Shown here: positions 24,847-35,624 of the stretch, piece after piece
Position numbering within the stretch: position 1 is the stretch's first letter
Layout of the letters: each line of letters starts with the position of its first letter
NCBI GenBank assembly: GCA_963772365.1
Contig: CAVYXA010000001.1
Location: forward strand, 704,001-768,000
Direction of reading: 5' to 3'
From: an uncultured Verrucomicrobiae bacterium
GTDB lineage: Bacteria > Verrucomicrobiota > Verrucomicrobiia > Chthoniobacterales > UBA10450
Length of the DNA: 64,000 bases
Position numbers and translations under genes: made by a program
Notes under the pieces: model-generated
Told to the model about the DNA's origin: nothing
Databases searched by the model: none
Seen by the model: the letters and a program-made list of their open reading frames with translations, nothing else

Positions 24847-25221
24847 TTAGTCGCATGGAAAGGCAATCGTGCTCAAAAGGGCGTTCTCGGCCTGGCGCGA
24901 ATCGAGCCGGGTGTGCTGCACTACAATCGGCTGGTCCGATTCGATAAGACTGGAAAATGGCGCGTCGCGCGGAATTTTTTCCGGTTCTTCAAAATTGTTG
25001 AAGCGCAGATGTTTTGTTCGCCGTGCCGCAATCTCGAACCGATAGGGGCCGCTTGGATCTCGATCCTCGTAGAAAATTGTGATCCCAACATGGGCATCCT
25101 GGTTTGAGGGATTGAGAATGCAACAGGCCTCATGGCTGGTCATTTCCGGAGCCGGTCCATGGCTTTGTCCGGGAATGTAGCCTTCAGGAATTGCCCACGA
25201 TTTTTTCCCAATCACTCCCAT
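24847..25221 (-). CDS. Anabaena sensory rhodopsin transducer (ASRT) family protein
   Basis: WAIPEGYIP, SHEACCILN, RRTKHLRFN, PIVVQHTRLDSRQAENAL. Confidence 0.9.
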   Translation of the reverse strand: MGVIGKKSWAIPEGYIPGQSHGPAPEMTSHEACCILNPSNQDAHVGITIFYEDRDPSGPYRFEIAARRTKHLRFNNFEEPEKIPRDAPFSSLIESDQPIVVQHTRLDSRQAENALLSTIAFPCD

Positions 25222-25274
25222 ATTAGTTACTTCGCAGGCCACCGACCAATCGGATTTGATGCAATGGCAGTGGC

Positions 25275-26252
25275 TTATCGCCCAGAAAGCTTTCTCGATA
25301 AGAGGTAAACCGCCGCCCCGAGCAATCCCCAGGATGCCTGGATCGCGAAACCGAGCGAGGCACTGAACGCGGCAATTGCTTTCGGCACATGAGCGAGATT
25401 ACCAAGCAATTGTTGGAATAGCGCTTCACGCACGCCCGCGCCGCCGAATGAAATTGGAAGCGACGTGATTGTGTTCACCAGAGGCATGATCGAAAGCATC
25501 TCAGCCAACCCGGCAACATGACCTCCGGCATGAAGCGATTGCGCGGCAGAATAGTAACTGACGTAATAGGCGAAATGTGAAGCGATCGTGATGCCGAACA
25601 AACCCGCCATCGTCCCGGGCCGCTTGCGATAGGTGTTCAACGCTTCTCCCGACTCGATGATTGTTTTGCGAAACGGCGTCCGGCTCGGCAGTTTGTTCAA
25701 CAAGCCGAAACCGGCAGCGGCAAAAAGCAGGATCACGAAGAGAGCGCCGCCGGCCAACAACACAAGGGCGAGATAGGCGATATGCAAACTCCCTCCCGAA
25801 CGGCTAAACCAGCCAAAACGCAACGCCAGGCTCATCGAGCCGAGAAACAAAATCGAGAAAAGACCGAGCAAACGATCCATCACTACCGAAAGCGTGGCCC
25901 GCGTTTTCTGGCGCGGAACGCATCGGAACACAAAATAGAGCCGCACTGCGTCTCCCGCGATCAATCCGGGCAGAAACATGTTGAAAAATAATCCGATCAT
26001 CACGATTCCGAATGTACACAACCAGCTCAGCGTGATCCGCTGGATTCGCAGAAGGATTTGCCAGCGCACTGTAGCCAGGATTTCGACTGCGGCGTAACAA
26101 ATCCAGCCCGCTGCCAGCCAGCGAGTGTCCGCCTTTCCCAGAGCGTCGACAATGTGCGCCCGTTTGTGCGGATCGTGAAAAACATACCAGATGCCGCCGC
26201 CGGTAACGAGCAATTGCAGGAGAATGAGTCCCACTCGTTTTATTGCATTCAA
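25275..26252 (-). CDS. Lysylphosphatidylglycerol synthase TM-domain (flippase-like) protein
   Basis: RWQILL, FFNMFLPG..GD..R, DRLLG, LPISFGGAGVRE. Confidence 0.88.
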   Translation of the reverse strand: MNAIKRVGLILLQLLVTGGGIWYVFHDPHKRAHIVDALGKADTRWLAAGWICYAAVEILATVRWQILLRIQRITLSWLCTFGIVMIGLFFNMFLPGLIAGDAVRLYFVFRCVPRQKTRATLSVVMDRLLGLFSILFLGSMSLALRFGWFSRSGGSLHIAYLALVLLAGGALFVILLFAAAGFGLLNKLPSRTPFRKTIIESGEALNTYRKRPGTMAGLFGITIASHFAYYVSYYSAAQSLHAGGHVAGLAEMLSIMPLVNTITSLPISFGGAGVREALFQQLLGNLAHVPKAIAAFSASLGFAIQASWGLLGAAVYLLSRKLSGR

Positions 26253-26271
26253 AACCGTATCAGTAAGACCT

Positions 26272-26369
26272 GCTGTCACGTTGAGCGAAGCGAAACATCT
26301 CAATCTATTTTTGCAGCGAGTCGGACAAAGAAATGATCAGAGATTCTTCGCTTCGCTCAGAATGACAGC
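26272..26369. repeat. Long REP-like palindrome (TGTCA...GAGCGAAGCGAA...TTCGCTTCGCTCAGAATGACA)
   Basis: Near-identical copy at 34021-34123 and a half copy at about 39231-39298. Confidence 0.85.
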
Positions 26370-26430
26370 TGGAGAAAAGGCCTCATCAAAAGTGAATATG
26401 AGCGCGCCGTGTGAAAAATTCCGTTGTCGC

Positions 26431-26787
26431 TCACTTTTCCCGCACCCAGCGCTCGGCGTCGTTTTCCTGTGAAGCATCGAAATAGCGCACATCGGCATCA
26501 ACGAACCAGGAGCCGATCTTGCTCATCCAATGCTGCCATTCGTTCTCGCCCACCATGGCGATTCGCTCCACTTGCTGATGATGTTTGAGATCGAAGCGAA
26601 AATCGTCCCAGGCTGCATGCGGTTCCCATCCATGGAAATCGCGCATGACAAAGATCATTCTCATCTTCCCATGCTGCGCGATGATCGACTCCCAGCTCGG
26701 GATTAGCTCGTCATAATCCTTCTGGTTCAATCGCCCGCTGACCTCGACCCGGACGACGTTGCCTTCTTCCGGTATGATCTTGTGCAT
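26431..26787 (-). CDS. SpoIIAA-like (STAS/SEC14) protein
   Basis: DFHGWEPHAAWDD, ERIAMVG..WQHWM, VRYFD...AERW. Confidence 0.88.
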   Translation of the reverse strand: MHKIIPEEGNVVRVEVSGRLNQKDYDELIPSWESIIAQHGKMRMIFVMRDFHGWEPHAAWDDFRFDLKHHQQVERIAMVGENEWQHWMSKIGSWFVDADVRYFDASQENDAERWVREK

Positions 26788-26876
26788 CTCTTCAACTTGT
26801 ATCGCGGCTGACCGGGCTCGAGGACGCAATTGGAAATTGCCGGGCGACTCGCGCTCATGTCTAAAACGATAAACTT

Positions 26877-27785
26877 ATGAGATCACGCATGCTCGATCAC
26901 CGCGTCCCAGCACAAAGTTCAACTCTTCGCTCAGTAATCTTGTCGCGCAGCACGAGCCGCGCTCCTTTGCTTTGGTTGAATCTTATCTGCCTGGATGCGC
27001 CGCTGGTCGCGTTCGCGTGGCAATGGATGTTTGGATCGACATTTCATTTGCCCGCGGCAATCGGGCATCGCGTAGCGCTCTTTTTGACGACATGGCTCAT
27101 TTATCTGGCAGACCGTTTTGCCGACGCAATTTCACTTCGACCCACTGAACCGAAATCACTGCGGCAACAATTTTGTCTCCGCCATTGGAAAACCTGGATC
27201 GGCTTGGTGCTGTTAGTTGGGGTCTTGGATGGAACGGTGATTTTTCGAGGAGTGAATCGAGAGACGATTTTGGCCGGCGCCGTAGTTGGCGCACTGGCCA
27301 TCGTTTACCTGCTCGTGAACCACGCGCATAGCGGGCTGTGGGAATTTCTGCCGTTGAAGGAGTTCAGCATTGCAGTTTTGTTCGTAGCCGGAACGCTACT
27401 CGGGCTCGTCCCGCATCCGTTTGCCGCAAGATCGACAATTATTCTCGCCGCAATACTTTTCGGCGCTCTCTGCCTCCTGAATTGTTTCAGCATCGCAATT
27501 TGGGAACGTGATCTCGATCGGATTCAGGGCAAGCACTCCATCGCCACGCGCAGGATCCCAGCCGATATTTTTGGGCAGGTCGTCTTTGCAGCGTTACTAA
27601 TCGGTTGTGTGTTCCTGGTAACGCGAGATCAGCAGGCCTGGCCGCTCGCGGCGTCAATCGCAGCGAGCGCACTTTTCTTGAAGGCGCTCCCAGGTGCACA
27701 AGTTTCGCGAGATGAGCGCACTGCCCTGGCTGATCTCGTTTTGTTTACTCCGCTGGTTTTGCTTCTTGCCGAAAGGCTGCTGTGA
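26877..27785 (+). CDS. Multi-pass membrane protein (possibly UbiA-like)
   Basis: Hydrophobic helices; WLIYLADRFAD and ERDLDRIQG acidic motifs. Confidence 0.6.
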   Translation: MRSRMLDHRVPAQSSTLRSVILSRSTSRAPLLWLNLICLDAPLVAFAWQWMFGSTFHLPAAIGHRVALFLTTWLIYLADRFADAISLRPTEPKSLRQQFCLRHWKTWIGLVLLVGVLDGTVIFRGVNRETILAGAVVGALAIVYLLVNHAHSGLWEFLPLKEFSIAVLFVAGTLLGLVPHPFAARSTIILAAILFGALCLLNCFSIAIWERDLDRIQGKHSIATRRIPADIFGQVVFAALLIGCVFLVTRDQQAWPLAASIAASALFLKALPGAQVSRDERTALADLVLFTPLVLLLAERLL

Positions 27786-28525
27786 GCTTCGACGGAATCG
27801 CACGGCATTATCGCTGGCTCGAAACCATTGCTTTCGGCCATGCTTTACACCGTGCTCGCACACATTGGATTGACAAAATTAAGCGCCCGAAACGCACGCT
27901 GATCGTCGGCGAAGGGAACGGTCGTTTTCTGTGCGACCTGTTGCATATTCACCCGAGGATCGACATCGATTGCGTCGATTCCAGCGATGGGATGATCCAA
28001 CTCGCCCGAGCGCGCCTCCAGCGAACTTGTCCAGAATCATTCCAGCATGTTCGATTTTTTTGTGAGGACATTTTGAAGTGGTCGCCGTGCGACTCCTACG
28101 ATCTGTTGGTCACGCATTTCTTCCTCGATTGCTTCACATGTCCTCAACTCCGGCGCGTAATCGAGAAGCTCGCACGCGCGGCTGAACCCGGCGCAGCCTG
28201 GCTGATTGCAGATTTCACGATGCCCCGTTCGAGACTCGCACAAATTCACGCCCGTTGTTGGCTCAAAGTTATGTATTCATTTTTCCGGGCGACTACTGGA
28301 ATTACGGCAGGCGATCTTGTCGATCCTTTTCCATTTTTGAGTGCCAATGGTTTTGTACGGTCGGCCAGCAGGCCCTCGCGAACTGGAATGTTGAAGTCCG
28401 ACTTGTTCGTCTCGGCAATCAGCCCGGATAATGGGGCAGATCGAATTGATCGCTCACATACCGTCGCATCAGCCAGTCGGCTACCCATGGAAACGACGCT
28501 GAGCGCAACACTAAGTCGCGAATGA
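27782..28525 (+). CDS. Class I SAM-dependent methyltransferase
   Basis: LIVGEGNGRF, CVDSS, THFFLDCF, WLIADF. Confidence 0.88.
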   Translation: MSFDGIARHYRWLETIAFGHALHRARTHWIDKIKRPKRTLIVGEGNGRFLCDLLHIHPRIDIDCVDSSDGMIQLARARLQRTCPESFQHVRFFCEDILKWSPCDSYDLLVTHFFLDCFTCPQLRRVIEKLARAAEPGAAWLIADFTMPRSRLAQIHARCWLKVMYSFFRATTGITAGDLVDPFPFLSANGFVRSASRPSRTGMLKSDLFVSAISPDNGADRIDRSHTVASASRLPMETTLSATLSRE

Positions 28526-29612
28526 AAAGACCAAATTTTGTGCTCGGGGTAAAGGAACTGGCAAAATTTTCGGCGCCCCGTTGTTTTCGTTCAATGAACG
28601 GCCGAAATCGTTCTTCATACGCGCGAAAAGCTTGGGCGTAATTTCCATCGGCCCGGGCGAGCTCGCCCGCCAGAATGTAGGCGCCCGCCATGGCGAAAGC
28701 AGCACCTTCAGCCGCCAGCAACGACGGACAATACGCCGCATCGCCGACCAATACGGTGCGTCCATTCCACCACTGCGGCATATGGATCTGGCTGACTGCA
28801 TCGAAATAAAAGTGTTCGCACGTCTCGAGCCGGCGCAGGATTTCAGGAATCTCTATCCAAGCCTCCTTCGCGAATGTTTCCTTCACAAGGTGTCTGGCCT
28901 GCTTGGACGACAATTGCTCTCCTGATTGTCGGTCCTGCTCAAACACGAAGAGAAAAGCGGTCATATTATCGCGCAGCGCATAGCGGCTGATTTGTCGCCC
29001 CGGCGCGCCATAACTGAAATAAACGAGCTCTTCCCGACGCGGATAGTTGGCCGTCAAGAACGAGGCCGCGTAATAGCCAAGATATTTTTCAAAACGCGTT
29101 CCTGGTCCGAAAACAATCTTCCGCACGATCGAGTGCAAACCGTCGCAACCGGCCACAAGATCAAACCGCCGCGGCGGGGATCGCTCGAACATAACTTCGA
29201 CGCCCGATGAATCTTCCCGCATCGCGGTTACACTATCGTCGAAAATGATCTCCGTATCTCCGGCGACCGAATCGAAGATTGCTTTTGCCAGATCGCCTCT
29301 AGGCAAACTAATAAATCGATCGCCCAGAACTCGAAGAAGAGCAGCGCCACCAAACTCGCTCCGAACGCGATTTCTCTCATCCACGAATTTTATCCGATTG
29401 AAGCTGTAGCCAACTTCGCGCAGTCGCGGCAGAAGATTCATTCGTTCGGCGACGTCAAAGCCGACGGCCCAGAAATCGATCATGTAACCGCCTTTGCGAA
29501 AGTGCGGCGCTCGTTCGACAAGCGTAGGCCTAAAACCGCGACGCGAGAGCCAATAGGCCAAGGTCGGTCCGGCAATACCAGCACCTGAAATCAAAACCGA
29601 ACCGCGTTTCAT
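28419..29612 (-). CDS. FAD-dependent monooxygenase
   Basis: ISGAGIAG, GCDGLHS, LVGDAAYCPS. Confidence 0.9.
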   Translation of the reverse strand: MKRGSVLISGAGIAGPTLAYWLSRRGFRPTLVERAPHFRKGGYMIDFWAVGFDVAERMNLLPRLREVGYSFNRIKFVDERNRVRSEFGGAALLRVLGDRFISLPRGDLAKAIFDSVAGDTEIIFDDSVTAMREDSSGVEVMFERSPPRRFDLVAGCDGLHSIVRKIVFGPGTRFEKYLGYYAASFLTANYPRREELVYFSYGAPGRQISRYALRDNMTAFLFVFEQDRQSGEQLSSKQARHLVKETFAKEAWIEIPEILRRLETCEHFYFDAVSQIHMPQWWNGRTVLVGDAAYCPSLLAAEGAAFAMAGAYILAGELARADGNYAQAFRAYEERFRPFIERKQRGAENFASSFTPSTKFGLFIRDLVLRSASFPWVADWLMRRYVSDQFDLPHYPG

Positions 29613-29680
29613 CGTTCATTCACCAGAAAGCGGGTACATTCAAAACGCAACTCGCCTCTTATCTGGTTAACGGAAAGCTA

Positions 29681-29813
29681 AAAGCGACGCGAGGACGCCC
29701 GCGCGCGGCGGGCAGGCTGTGCGCACTCCGAAAGCACTTCGTGCGAAACCTATGCTCCGGGTTGATTTCATTTCGCGCAAGCTTTGGAGTGCGAGGCGTC
29801 CTCGCATCGCTTT
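29681..29813. repeat. REP-like palindrome with a nested hairpin insert
   Basis: AAAGCGACGCGAGGACGCC...GGCGTCCTCGCATCGCTTT; the left arm carries about 22 extra nt (GCCCGCGCGCGGCGGGC hairpin). Confidence 0.7.
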
Positions 29814-29922
29814 CACTGATGTCGCCGCTCCACGGCGTTAAATGTCCTGCTTCGTTTCGAGATCAAACCCTGAACAAACAACATCCTCGCCAGATTCGAT
29901 CTTTTGCCTGTAAGAGGTGCTC

Positions 29923-31350
29923 ATGGCCCAGCAATATGATGCAACCGTAGTTGGATCGGGACCGAATGGCCTGGCGGCCGCGATCACTCTCGCTCGGGCT
30001 GGCCTTTCGGTCGTTGTGCTCGAAGCCAATCCGACCATTGGCGGTGGCGCGCGCTCAGCCGAGCTGACTTTGCCGGGATTTATTCACGATGTCTGTTCGG
30101 CGGTTCATCCGCTCGCCGCCGGGTCGCCATTTTTTCAATCGCTGCCGCTGGATCGATTCGGGCTGGAATGGATTCACCCGGAAATCCCGCTCGCGCATCC
30201 TCTCGATGATGGCACCGCCGCATGTTTGTATCGCGATGTCGATCTTACGGTTGATTGGCTCGGCGAAGCTTCATGGGAAAGATTGTTCGCACCGCTTGCC
30301 CGAAATTGGAACAGACTCGCCGATGAATTTCTTCAGCCGATCCTGCATCTGCCGCGGCATCCGTTTGCGCTCGCCCGGTTCGGCCTCAGTGCGCTCTGGC
30401 CAGTAACCTGGCTGGCGAAAATCTGTTTCCAGCACGAACCCGCTCGCGCTTTGTTCGCCGGAATCGCCGCACATTCTTTTCTGCCGCTGAACGCGCCGAT
30501 CTCATCGGCATTCGGTCTCGTGCTCGGCGCGGCCGGGCACGCGGCTGGCTGGCCCATGCCGCGTGGCGGTTCGCAAATAATCTCGAATGCATTAGCAGAT
30601 CATCTTCGCGAGCTCGGCGGCAGGATCGATATCAATCGTCGTATTCAGAATCTGAATGAGCTGCCGAAAGCTCGCGCGACACTCTTCGACACATCGGTTT
30701 GGGAATTTGCGCGAATCGCTGGTGATCGATTGCCGAGAAATTATCGGAATCGAATCGAACATTTCCGGCATGGGCCCGGCATTTTTAAAATCGATTACGC
30801 ATTGAGTGAGCCGATCCCGTGGAAAGCAGAAGCCTGCAAATGTGCCGGCACAGTTCATCTTGGCGGTGACATGGATGAAATCGAATTTTCCGAACAAGAA
30901 GTGGCCAATGGAAGAGTTCCGGAACATCCGTTCGTTCTTGTCGCTCAACAGAGTTTATTCGACGAAACTCGCGCGCCGGGTCGGAAACATACTTTATGGG
31001 CCTATTGCCATGTTCCATTCGGTTGCAGGATCGACATGTCGGACTCGGTAGAATCGCAAATCGAACGGTTCGCACCCGGTTTTCGCGACTGCATTCTGGC
31101 CCGCCACAAGAGCGACGTTATCGCTTTGGAAAAATCGAATCCGAATCTCATCGGCGGCGACATCAATGGCGGTGCTGCCAATCTTTGGCAAATATTGGCG
31201 AGGCCAATCTTGAGCCCGACACCATATCGAACACCGGTACGCGGCGTTTATCTTTGCTCAGCATCCACTCCGCCCGGCGGCGGCGTGCATGGCATGTGCG
31301 GTTATCACGCTGCGCGAGCGGCTTTGCGTGACATTTTCGGAAAGCATTAG
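29923..31350 (+). CDS. Phytoene dehydrogenase-like NAD(P)/FAD oxidoreductase
   Basis: VVGSGPNGL, HDVCSAVHP, WAYCHVP, STPPGGGVHGMCGYHAA. Confidence 0.92.
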   Translation: MAQQYDATVVGSGPNGLAAAITLARAGLSVVVLEANPTIGGGARSAELTLPGFIHDVCSAVHPLAAGSPFFQSLPLDRFGLEWIHPEIPLAHPLDDGTAACLYRDVDLTVDWLGEASWERLFAPLARNWNRLADEFLQPILHLPRHPFALARFGLSALWPVTWLAKICFQHEPARALFAGIAAHSFLPLNAPISSAFGLVLGAAGHAAGWPMPRGGSQIISNALADHLRELGGRIDINRRIQNLNELPKARATLFDTSVWEFARIAGDRLPRNYRNRIEHFRHGPGIFKIDYALSEPIPWKAEACKCAGTVHLGGDMDEIEFSEQEVANGRVPEHPFVLVAQQSLFDETRAPGRKHTLWAYCHVPFGCRIDMSDSVESQIERFAPGFRDCILARHKSDVIALEKSNPNLIGGDINGGAANLWQILARPILSPTPYRTPVRGVYLCSASTPPGGGVHGMCGYHAARAALRDIFGKH

Positions 31351-32542
31351 CAAATCCGCGGGAGCTGTTCTCCAGAGAGCATGTCCACTACGCGGATCCC
31401 GCCGACACGCGTTTTCATCATCATGAAGCCGGGATGCTCACCCACAACTTCGCCGATGACGGCGGCTTCTTTGCCGAGCGGATGCGATCTCAACGTTTTG
31501 AGAACACCATCAACATCTTTCGCGGCTACAATAGCGAGGAGTTTGCCTTCATTAGCGACATAAAGCGGGTCCAAACCGAGAATCTCGCACGCGCCTTTTA
31601 CTTCTTCGCTAATCGGAATCGCCGCTTCGTCGAGCAGCATGCCGACATTCGCCGTCTGCGCGATTTCGGTCAGCGCGCTAGTCACGCCGCCGCGGGTCGG
31701 ATCGCGCAAGACATGGATGTCGATCTTCGCCTCGAGCACTGACTGGACAAGCTGATGGAGCGGCGCGGTGTCGCTGGCAATCCCGGTTTAAAATTCCAAT
31801 CCTTCGCGGACCGATATCACTGCGATCCCATGAACGGCGATTGCGCCGCTGATAATAATCTTGTCACCGATCTGCGCTCGGGCCGGATGAATATTCACGC
31901 CGTCGGGGACGACTCCAATTCCGGAAGTGTTAATGAAAATTTTGTCGGCCTTGCCGCGATCCACGACTTTCGTGTCGCCGGTAACCAGTTTGACTCCGGC
32001 AGCATCGGCGGCTGCATGCATCGATTGCACTACGCGCCAGAATCTTCCATCGACATCCCTTCTTCCAGAATGAAACCGGCCGAGAGATACAGTGGCCGCG
32101 CGCCGCACATGGCCAAATCGTTAACTGTGCCGTGGACAGCGAGCTTTCCGATGTCCCCGCCCGGAAAGAAAATCGGGCTGACCACGAATGAATCCGTGCT
32201 GAACGCGACGCGTTCGCCATTCACAGAAAAGATGGCGCCGTCATGCAACGGCTCGAGCAATTCATTACGAAACTGAGGCAGAACCATTTTCTCGATGAGC
32301 TGATGGCTCAATTTTCCGCCACTGCCATGAGCGAGGACGATCTCCTTGTAATTCGTGATGGGCAGCGGACAAGAGGCACTAAGAGCCGATTGCTCGCCTG
32401 CGCCGAGTGATTCTCGTTTCTTTACCGCATTGGTTGCCGCATCAGATGAGGTTGTAAATCGACCCTCACCGGCAGCTGCGCAGTCCGCCTCTCCCTGGCC
32501 AGGGAGAGGATTGAGGTGAGGGTTGATCGTTTTAGATGACAT
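31347..32542 (-). CDS. hypE: Hydrogenase maturation protein HypE (two frameshifts)
   Basis: [44 protein letters not shown] and C-terminal QLPRIC, spread over three frames. Confidence 0.92.
32462..32523. repeat. REP-like element (CCCTCACC...GGTGAGGG) in frame in the hypE 5' end
   Basis: Inverted ends with an internal CTCTCCCTGGCCAGGGAGAG hairpin. Confidence 0.7.
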
Positions 32543-33155
32543 CTTCCGCTCCTAACGCGATGTGAATCAAGTCCCACAGAACATGCACGAGCGTGGCATG
32601 CACTTCCTGGATTCGATGAATGCTGTAAGACGGAACGACGAAACAGTAGTCGGCGAGCTCAGGAAAACGGCCCCCCATCTTTCCCGCCCCAGGCAATCGT
32701 GAGCATGTCGCGCTTCCGCGCCTCTTCCAGAGCATAGATGAGATTTGGCGATTTGCCGCTGGTGCTGACGGCAAGTGCCATATCGCCGGGCTGTCCCAGC
32801 AACCGCAACTGATTCACGAATACGCGGGAGAAATCGATATCGTTGCTCACGGCGGTCATTGTGGCCGTGTCATTGACTAACGAGATCACTGGAAATGCGG
32901 CGCGTTTCTCGATGATCGGGTGCGTAAACTCAACGGTGAAATGGACCGCGTCCGCCAGGCTACCGCCGCTTCCCATGGTGAGAAGCTTTTTGCCGTCCGT
33001 GAACCGTTTCGCCATGTCCCGACTCAGCCGTTCGATGTCTTCGGCATATTTCTCAAAAAACTTCTGCTTCATCTCGACGCTCTGCCGCATTTCCGCAGGA
33101 TCTTGTCGCGAAAGTTTTCTGCCGACTTGTCGATCTTATTTGTAGCCGTAATCAT
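32532..33155 (-). CDS. SIS-domain protein (GmhA-like), frameshifted
   Basis: [37 protein letters not shown]. Confidence 0.85.
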
Positions 33156-33241
33156 TCAGGTCTTTGAGGCAGCCACGCGTGGCGCTTTCCTATTGAACCT
33201 CAACATGATATCGCATTCTGCCAGGACGGCGGATGCGAGTA

Positions 33242-33946
33242 TTACATCCGTTCTTTGATTCTCTTTTTAAGCAGCCACCAGTTGGCCGGATAACTCGTCA
33301 GAAATCCGACGCACATGGCGATCTGCATCATGAACCAAAACACCGGATTCGTTTTCGGTATTTCGCCGAACAATCCAAAAATCACTACGGCCATCCAACC
33401 GTACATGCCCAACTGCCATGCTGTTAACGAAAGGGTATCAGCTTTGATCGCAGCGACGAGGCCCGGACCGGGCGAAAGCTGTTTCATTGGCGCGATCGTG
33501 AAATATTGAAATGCGATCCCGAGCAAGAACGCGAGTCCATAATCCAGTGCCCATGTCCCAAACACTTTTTGCCCAAGCAAACTCAACGGCACAAGAACAA
33601 CGAACCATTCGGCCACAAGATCGCCCAGCGTACAGCCGGCGCCGCAATGTGTGGTGTCGGAAACAACACTGAGCGGGAACGCCTTTGTTTTGGCCGGCGG
33701 ATCCTTTCCTTGTTCCCTGGCTTTTTGCACAGCGTGATGTGTCGAAAGGCGTCCGATTTTAAAATACATCCAAAGCGCCAACGGCCCGGCCCAAAGAGCC
33801 GTGATCGGCCAGACCAGATTCATGATCCACATGTGCTGTCGATGATCCATGACGATGTCGATGGTAATCACGAGCGCGCACACCCCTGTAACGACGAGTG
33901 CCAGGATCGACAATGGATAAAGCCAGTCGGGAATTGGAGAGTGCAT
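33242..33946 (-). CDS. DUF4396 membrane protein
   Basis: HCGAGCTLGD, FQYFTIAPM, KADTLSLTAWQLGMYGWM, TSYPANWWL. Confidence 0.88.
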   Translation of the reverse strand: MHSPIPDWLYPLSILALVVTGVCALVITIDIVMDHRQHMWIMNLVWPITALWAGPLALWMYFKIGRLSTHHAVQKAREQGKDPPAKTKAFPLSVVSDTTHCGAGCTLGDLVAEWFVVLVPLSLLGQKVFGTWALDYGLAFLLGIAFQYFTIAPMKQLSPGPGLVAAIKADTLSLTAWQLGMYGWMAVVIFGLFGEIPKTNPVFWFMMQIAMCVGFLTSYPANWWLLKKRIKERM

Positions 33947-34020
33947 CGAGACTCATCATTCCATCGCCGCTGACGCGCTATTCAGTCTTTTCGACTTCTG
34001 TTACCTATTTCGTAATTTGA

Positions 34021-34123
34021 GCTGTCATGTTGAGCGAAGCGAAACATCTCAATTGATTCTTCATTCTTATAGGGCGGCAGATACAAGAATGACTGGAGAT
34101 TCTTCGCTTCGCTCAGAATGACA
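34021..34123. repeat. Long REP-like palindrome (copy of 26272-26369)
   Basis: Shared arms TGTCATGTTGAGCGAAGCGAAACATCTC / GAGATTCTTCGCTTCGCTCAGAATGACA. Confidence 0.85.
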
Positions 34124-34142
34124 TTTCGTGGGATGCTTCCTG

Positions 34143-34660
34143 CTAGCTTGCCGGTTTAATGTTCTGATTCACGCGAAAGAAGTTCGTCGGGTCGTATTTC
34201 TTTTTGATCTCCGCCAGGCGGTCGTAATTGCTGCCATAGGTTTTCTTCACGCGTTCGTCTCCTTCGTCGCCCATAAGAAAGTTCACGTAGGCTCCGCCAC
34301 CCGAATACGGATGCACTGCATCGTAATAGCTTTTCGTCCACGAAACGATCTTTTGCTTGTTCGCCGGATCAGGATCCACGCCGACAATTACCTGCGCCCA
34401 ATTACCAGACCATCGTGGCAAACTCCCAGGCCGCCCGCGTTATGCCCGCCGCAGCGGATCGCGAGAAGCACGTCATTTTCTCTCGCGAACTTCACCGGCT
34501 GAATCACGTCCTCCACATCCGCACAGCGCACGATCATCTGAGGCTTTTTGTCAATCATCCCGTTGTAAACCTTGCGCGCCTCATCGTATTGCGGATCACC
34601 ACACTGGATTAATTGACCGCGCAAACTGGGTTTGAATTTGTCGATGCTCGCCTGATTCAT
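34143..34660 (-). pseudogene. FAD-binding BBE-family oxidoreductase with a large internal deletion
   Basis: The N-terminal part (YDEARKVYNGMIDKKP...RCGGHN...DGLVI) joins directly to the C-terminal BBE part (AYVNF...KKYDPTNFFRVNQNI). Confidence 0.85.
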
Positions 34661-34908
34661 TTATATACCTCCTTGTTCGCAGATGTTGAAAATGAGGTCG
34701 CTGAATTCGATCGCGAGCGACCTCACTGACACTCTGCAAAACGGACGCGGGGTTGTCTAGACGTTGGTCGGCGCCAGCTCCGGCGTCGGCGGCGCTTCCA
34801 AATGTCGCCCGTAAGCGTAATAGGCGGCGCAGTTTGGTGAGCGCGACCGCCGGGCGCTCCGGGTGTTGAAACAAATGCACACGCCGACCGGACGGATGGG
34901 ACCTGTCG

Positions 34909-35334
34909 ATGAATACTTTGCGAGGCGATCGCAGTGGAATGCGAAGGTTGGGCGCGCTCCTGTTATTCGGCGCGTTGATGTCGCCGGCGTTCCTTTTACA
35001 GGCGAGCTGGCGCGATTACCTGTTTGCATTGGCGGCATTGCTCTTCGCGCGGCCGATCGCGCTGATGATCGCCTTAGGGGGCGTGAAAATTGGCTGGCGC
35101 GAAAAAATCGTAGCGGCGTGGTTTGGGCCCAAAGGCTTTGCTTCAGTTGTCTATGCCATCATCGTTCTGAGGAGCAGGCTGCCTAACGCCGAGCGAATTT
35201 TCCATCTCATCGCGCTGGTCATCGTCATGTCAATCGTAGCGCATTCCTCGAGTGACGTGCCGATTGCACGCTGGTTCCCGGCGAAAGACCACAAATCGGC
35301 CACAAAACGCCGTCAGGCATCGCAAGAAGTTTAG
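34909..35334 (+). pseudogene. C-terminal fragment of a CPA1 (NhaP-type) cation:proton antiporter
   Basis: ARPIAL...AAWFGPKGFAS...SIVAHSSS; the N-terminal TM domains are missing. Confidence 0.75.
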
Positions 35335-35624
35335 CAAGAAACCATCACCAGCAAGTTCGCGCGAAGCCGGAAGATTGGACGCGGAGAAGCAGAGCGATGG
35401 GTCAAAGTTGCAACCCACGTTGACGCAATTCCGTATTCCAGTTCTTTGCGCACGAAAGCTGCATCGTAATCCGACCGCACGACCATCAAGTGTTCCGTTC
35501 GCGAATCCAATCAGAAGAGGATCTGTCTAACTTACTTGCCAGCGACGGCCTTTGTCGGTTACAATAAACGAACTAAGTGGCCTCCAGGTCGCTGACGAAC
35601 GGACTTCTCAGGGAAAACACTCGT

